A stretch of 64,000 bases of DNA, taken from a virus. Its lineage: Duplodnaviria; Caudoviricetes. Below are positions 60,248 to 64,000 of the stretch, piece by piece. Location: positions 7,103 through 71,102 of the IMG/VR virus record IMGVR_UViG_3300020048_000112. One strand, written 5' to 3'. Position numbers and translations under genes: made by a program. Each line of letters starts with the position of its first letter. Positions within the stretch are counted from its first letter, which is position 1. The notes under the pieces were generated by a model that saw nothing but the letters and a program-made list of their open reading frames with translations, searched no databases and was not told the origin of the DNA.

Positions 60248-60427
60248 ATGGATGGTACATACCGAGAACAACTTGAAAGGTTGGGTCTACCTGTGGATTA
60301 CGATCCATGGGCTGAATTACGTAAGCAAGCCGAGGATGAGAAACCGAAGGTTGAAAAGAATAATCTCAAACAGGCACGGAAGGCAGCATTACGCCTGAAG
60401 TATCGGAAACCCATAAAGAATAAATAA
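60248..60427 (+). CDS. Small basic hypothetical protein
   Basis: AAGGAG RBS before ATG 60248, in frame with track ORF 60119..60427. Confidence 0.5.
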   Translation: MDGTYREQLERLGLPVDYDPWAELRKQAEDEKPKVEKNNLKQARKAALRLKYRKPIKNK

Positions 60428-60432
60428 TCTAC

Positions 60433-60504
60433 TGCTGCGTGGTTGTAATGGTTAACACTGCCCCTTTGCTAAGGGAGATATAGGTTCGAGTCCTGTCACA
60501 GCAT
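60433..60504 (+). tRNA. Degenerate tRNA-like gene (anticodon GCT if the loop is TTGCTAA)
   Basis: Acceptor TGCTGCG/CACAGCA, D arm GTTG..TGG..TAAC, T arm ATAGG-TTCGAGT-CCTGT; mismatched stems, very short variable region, no encoded CCA. Confidence 0.45.
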
Positions 60505-60519
60505 CTGAAGGAGAAACAC

Positions 60520-60915
60520 ATGAGTAATACATTTTACAAGGTATGGCTCCAAGTTGAAGAAATTAACTTAGACGAAGACAAATATGAAAACGTAGGTGAG
60601 CCTGATTATTTAAAAAGAGAGTTCCCCTCGTTTGAAACAGCAATTGCTGCCTTAGACCATGCAGTAACATCATTTAATCCACCCAAGTGGTCTGTGCTTC
60701 TCGGGTACCCTGATTACCTTGATACCGCTGAAACCTATTACGCCTGGGTGGAAGCATTCACAGTAGAAGAAGCTGTCACCATAGCCCGGCAGAATGCCGT
60801 TGAAGCTAATCGTGACCATGAATGTAAAGATGATGATCACATGTCACCCGATGATTTAAATGTACTGCTCGTTACTGCAGGGCATATAAACGCAAAAATG
60901 CGAAAGGAAGATTAA
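60520..60915 (+). CDS. Hypothetical protein
   Basis: AAGGAG RBS; 131 aa. Confidence 0.65.
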   Translation: MSNTFYKVWLQVEEINLDEDKYENVGEPDYLKREFPSFETAIAALDHAVTSFNPPKWSVLLGYPDYLDTAETYYAWVEAFTVEEAVTIARQNAVEANRDHECKDDDHMSPDDLNVLLVTAGHINAKMRKED

Positions 60916-61358
60916 TGAAAATACCCTACATTGGACCTTATCCTTTGGTTCAAGCAAAAGATGGCGACGCAGGATTTGACATCGCTAGTAATGAAACCAA
61001 AGTTGCTCATCAGCACTCATCCACGAAGTTCTCTACAGGCCTGTCAATGGCTATCCCTCCGGGATATGTGGGTAAGGTCGTGTCTCGTTCAGGCTTATCA
61101 TTTAAGCACTGTATAGAGGTCGGTGCCGGCGTAATCGATTCAGGTTACAGAGGTGAGATCAAGATTCATCTGCATAACTTCGGGGATAACCCCGTAGTGA
61201 TCAATAAGGGAGATCGCATTGCTCAGATCATTATTCTGAAGCATGAGACTCCTGTGTTTGAGCTGGTTGAATCCTTGGATCAGACTGATCGTGGAGCTAA
61301 TGGCTTCGGTCATACAGGCACAAGTGCCTTAGAATCATATTACCAAAACGGTATCTAA
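60915..61358 (+). CDS. dut: Trimeric dUTPase
   Basis: All five motifs present: AGFDI, SRSGLS, GVIDSGYRGEI, GDRIAQII, RGANGFGHTG. Confidence 0.95.
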   Translation: MKIPYIGPYPLVQAKDGDAGFDIASNETKVAHQHSSTKFSTGLSMAIPPGYVGKVVSRSGLSFKHCIEVGAGVIDSGYRGEIKIHLHNFGDNPVVINKGDRIAQIIILKHETPVFELVESLDQTDRGANGFGHTGTSALESYYQNGI

Positions 61359-61364
61359 AATTTG

Positions 61365-61494
61365 ACTGTGGGGCATGGTCGTAGTTCAACTGGGAGAACA
61401 CCTGTGCAAGTCTCTGGAAGTAAGGTCATTCCTTACTACAAGCCCTAGACGGGTATGTTGTAGGTTCGAGTCCTATCGGGCACACCCCCACAGT
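61365..61494 (+). tRNA. tRNA-like gene with a 43-nt structured insert replacing the anticodon loop
   Basis: D arm GTTC-AACTGGGA-GAAC, anticodon stem CCTGT/ACGGG, T arm GTAGG-TTCGAGT-CCTAT; flanked by the 9-bp inverted repeat ACTGTGGGG/CCCCACAGT. Confidence 0.6.
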
Positions 61495-61516
61495 CATTTC
61501 TTTTAAAGGAGAGATC

Positions 61517-61741
61517 ATGCGCAAGCTGACTCTGGATGAAAAAATAACACTGAAAGGCCTACTGGCTAGAAAGCCTGGATTCTCTGGTCCCACCGTAGCC
61601 AAAGCAGGTATGCGTGACATACTGTTTTGGTGGCGATGGTGCTACGGATCGTCCATTACAGACTACGCCAAGATCAGGCCAAGGAGAGTAAAATGTCTGA
61701 ACCAAGAACAAAAACAACTAACTCTAATCCCTGGAGAATAG
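61517..61741 (+). CDS. Hypothetical protein
   Basis: AAGGAG RBS; 74 aa. Confidence 0.5.
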   Translation: MRKLTLDEKITLKGLLARKPGFSGPTVAKAGMRDILFWWRWCYGSSITDYAKIRPRRVKCLNQEQKQLTLIPGE

Positions 61742-61837
61742 ATAAGAAATACTCTGTACAGGATTGAATATACGAGTGTTCCTCTAATAATACCCGTCTG
61801 GGTTACTTGGATTGGGTAGACCACATGAAGGAGAGTA

Positions 61838-62047
61838 ATGAACAAGTGGAAAGCAAGGCCTAATGCCAAGTGCATATCGGTGTGGGTTGATCCCAAAACG
61901 ATAGAGATGCTGGAGGTATTAAAGGAAGCTTCCGGTAACTTTAACTATCAAATCATTGAACTCGCTGTTCAAAGCATATTCCAAAAGCATCAACATTTAC
62001 TACTAAAGGAGACTAATGATAACAGATCCTTGCCTACTGGCTATTGA
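61838..62047 (+). CDS. Small ribbon-helix-helix-like DNA-binding protein (tentative)
   Basis: AAGGAG RBS; KCISVWVDPKTIEMLEVLK...NYQIIELAV. Confidence 0.45.
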   Translation: MNKWKARPNAKCISVWVDPKTIEMLEVLKEASGNFNYQIIELAVQSIFQKHQHLLLKETNDNRSLPTGY

Positions 62048-62537
62048 TCTTGCATTTCGTAACGTAGGTTTAGTTCTCTTGGTTAAGGGTACTCCAATAA
62101 TATGGGGCACTGCTAAGACAAAAGCTGTTAAACGAAAACAGGATCGTATTAGTGATGTATTTGCGTCTGAATGTGCGGATTTATCTAATCGACTGCATAA
62201 AATTATTAATAAGTACCCAGTTAAGGGAATAACAGCAGAACTTCCAAACGGATCCCAAAATGCTATAGCTGCTAAATTACTTGGAGGTGCTGTAGGTATT
62301 CTCGCTGCTGTAGCCTCTTGTAATAATATTCCAGTGGAATGGATATCTGAAGGTGACTCCAAAACTGCAGCGTTTAATCGACGTAAAGTAACAAAAGAAG
62401 AGTCAATGCAGTGGGCGCGAAATAAATACCCTGTGTGCAATTTTCCAAAAGCAGCAAGTACATTTGAGCATATTGCAGATGCTCTATTGGCCTACAATGG
62501 GCTACGCAACGGGTTACTTATAAGAACATTCGGGTAA
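62016..62537 (+). CDS. RuvC-like Holliday junction resolvase (N4 gp48-like)
   Basis: LLAIDLAFRNVG, ITAELP, EHIADAL acidic RNase H-fold residues. Confidence 0.85.
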   Translation: MITDPCLLAIDLAFRNVGLVLLVKGTPIIWGTAKTKAVKRKQDRISDVFASECADLSNRLHKIINKYPVKGITAELPNGSQNAIAAKLLGGAVGILAAVASCNNIPVEWISEGDSKTAAFNRRKVTKEESMQWARNKYPVCNFPKAASTFEHIADALLAYNGLRNGLLIRTFG

Positions 62538-62569
62538 TCTATAATCTGAACCAAAAACAAAAGGAAAGA

Positions 62570-63046
62570 ATGAAACCTTACATTGCAGTAAAGGCTGTCA
62601 ACGCTATGTCTATGAGTCTTGGTGAGTACAACCAGTTCCGTGGCTGGACTATACCTAAAGATGAAGACCCTGCTACTCAGGGGTATCTTGTTGAATACTC
62701 TGATGGATATAAATCATGGTCGCCGGCCAAAGCTTTCGAGTCGTCACATCTCGAGATTGATGATCCAACCAAAATAACTGAAGCTGATCTCGACAGGTTC
62801 ATTGGAAATTCCGAGGAAACTGTAAGTGTAGGTAAACTTGATGAAAAAACTACACTGGTCAAATTAATACCCCGCACTGGGTTCGTTCAATACGAAGTAT
62901 CCAGTTGTGTTGATCCTAAGAATTATGACGAGCTGCTTGGTGCTGAAATCTGCATGAAACGCATACGTAGTAGGCTTTGGCCCATGCTCGGGTTTGTTCT
63001 CCAGTGGGCTAATAATGGTCTGCTACCACTAACCAAGAAGGAGTAA
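62570..63046 (+). CDS. N4 gp49/Sf6 gp66-family protein with an N-terminal GYLVEY...SWSP domain
   Basis: QGYLVEYSDGYKSWSPAKAFE; SSCVDPKNYDELLGAEIC...LWPMLGF. Confidence 0.75.
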   Translation: MKPYIAVKAVNAMSMSLGEYNQFRGWTIPKDEDPATQGYLVEYSDGYKSWSPAKAFESSHLEIDDPTKITEADLDRFIGNSEETVSVGKLDEKTTLVKLIPRTGFVQYEVSSCVDPKNYDELLGAEICMKRIRSRLWPMLGFVLQWANNGLLPLTKKE

Positions 63047-63049
63047 CCT

Positions 63050-63442
63050 ATGGGCCTCATGGAGGCACTGTTATGGCTAACCCTTACCGTGTACCATGAA
63101 GCTCGTAATCAAGATCAATTTGATCAGATAGCCATCGCGCACGTTGTCATTAACAGAGCCAAGAAACACAATAAGTCCATCAAAGAAACCGTCCTATATT
63201 ACAAGCAGTTCAGCTGGACCTACCTCAAGCAAGACTGGTACCCCTACGATCATAAAGCATTCCTACAATGCTTCCAGAGTGTACTTATAGCCAAGCAGGG
63301 ACATGACTTCACAGGTGGTGCTACACACTACCATGAGAAGAAACTCAAGCATGTATGGCGTAAGGATATGATCTATCTTGCAGACTATGGTTCCCATAAG
63401 TTTTATAAGGTAAATTATAGTAGAAGATTAACTAGACGTTAA
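63050..63442 (+). CDS. SleB/CwlJ-family cell wall hydrolase
   Basis: LTLTVYHEARNQ...IAHVVINR...KQFSW...TGGATHYH...HKFY. Confidence 0.85.
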   Translation: MGLMEALLWLTLTVYHEARNQDQFDQIAIAHVVINRAKKHNKSIKETVLYYKQFSWTYLKQDWYPYDHKAFLQCFQSVLIAKQGHDFTGGATHYHEKKLKHVWRKDMIYLADYGSHKFYKVNYSRRLTRR

Positions 63443-63521
63443 TTTTCTATACATTTAGGACAAAAACCATTAACATCTCTCCTAAGTTCATTTGTTGTTA
63501 ATTTAATTTAGCTTAGGAGAG

Positions 63522-63824
63522 ATGATGAAAACTGCACTATTCACGAATAAAACTGGAAGTATTCAACCTAATGCCGGAGTCAACACTGTAACAGTAGCCG
63601 ATTGGGATACTCCCATCGGTATTGTTATTACCACTAACCGTCAAGACGATCGTGTAATGCTCGTCAGACAAAACACCGCTGCTACCGGATGGGAACCTGT
63701 TACTGATGGTGAAGGTATTGTTTATCTGAGTGCTAAACGCTTAGATGTAACTCTTACCATGCCTGATGTATATGGCCTTCAGGGATATGTGAAAGGAGTT
63801 ATGTCTGCTGTTAAGGTGGCATGA
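63522..63824 (+). CDS. Small beta-rich hypothetical (possibly structural) protein
   Basis: AGGAG RBS; 100 aa. Confidence 0.55.
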   Translation: MMKTALFTNKTGSIQPNAGVNTVTVADWDTPIGIVITTNRQDDRVMLVRQNTAATGWEPVTDGEGIVYLSAKRLDVTLTMPDVYGLQGYVKGVMSAVKVA

Positions 63825-64000
63825 TGAATTCTTTAAAAAGGTATAGAAATACCTCATTACAACCTTCACTATTTAATTCTATTACTAGAAGAGTAAGTGG
63901 CCGAACCTACCTCCTCTCCCCCATGACCTCCTCCCTAATCCTCACCAAAGGCACAGGCAATCCCACACTCACGCGAGCAACTACAGCGTATACCGTGGAC
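63821..64000 (+). CDS. Start of a probable tail/lectin-like protein (3'-truncated by window)
   Basis: Open frame MMNSLKRY...GTGNPTLTRATTAYTVD; the TRATTA segment recalls tail-associated proteins. Confidence 0.45.
   Translation, partial: MMNSLKRYRNTSLQPSLFNSITRRVSGRTYLLSPMTSSLILTKGTGNPTLTRATTAYTVD

Noticed and set aside
1-64000. CRISPR array, DGR, retron, integrase or transposase
   Set aside because: No regularly spaced repeat-spacer units and no RT, tyrosine/serine recombinase or transposase motifs were seen in the translated ORFs.

Overview
This window is a large part of a lytic N4-like phage genome (Schitoviridae-type), opened inside the replication module. The assignment rests on gene content and order: a 3695-aa virion RNA polymerase, a two-subunit RNAPII, N4-type primase, SSB, Pol A, helicase, an AAA+/vWA pair, and a minus-strand late block (gp50-59-like genes, tail module, terminase). 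Product calls come from motifs I recognise and from N4 synteny; no database search was run. Five things stand out. (1) A radical SAM/SPASM enzyme is encoded inside the tail-fibre operon, directly downstream of a small protein with a 63-aa tail carrying 15 Cys and several NxxC motifs, which suggests RiPP-like thioether modification of a virion protein. (2) Three tandem attC-like sites delimit two complete integron-type gene cassettes whose core sites are mutually complementary; no integrase is visible in the window. (3) An adjacent ~380-nt non-coding stretch holds a duplicated, covarying RNA-like motif. (4) A tRNA-like gene has a 43-nt structured insert in place of the anticodon loop. (5) A perfect 22-bp inverted repeat encloses an N4-promoter-like mini-hairpin at the late/early divergence point.
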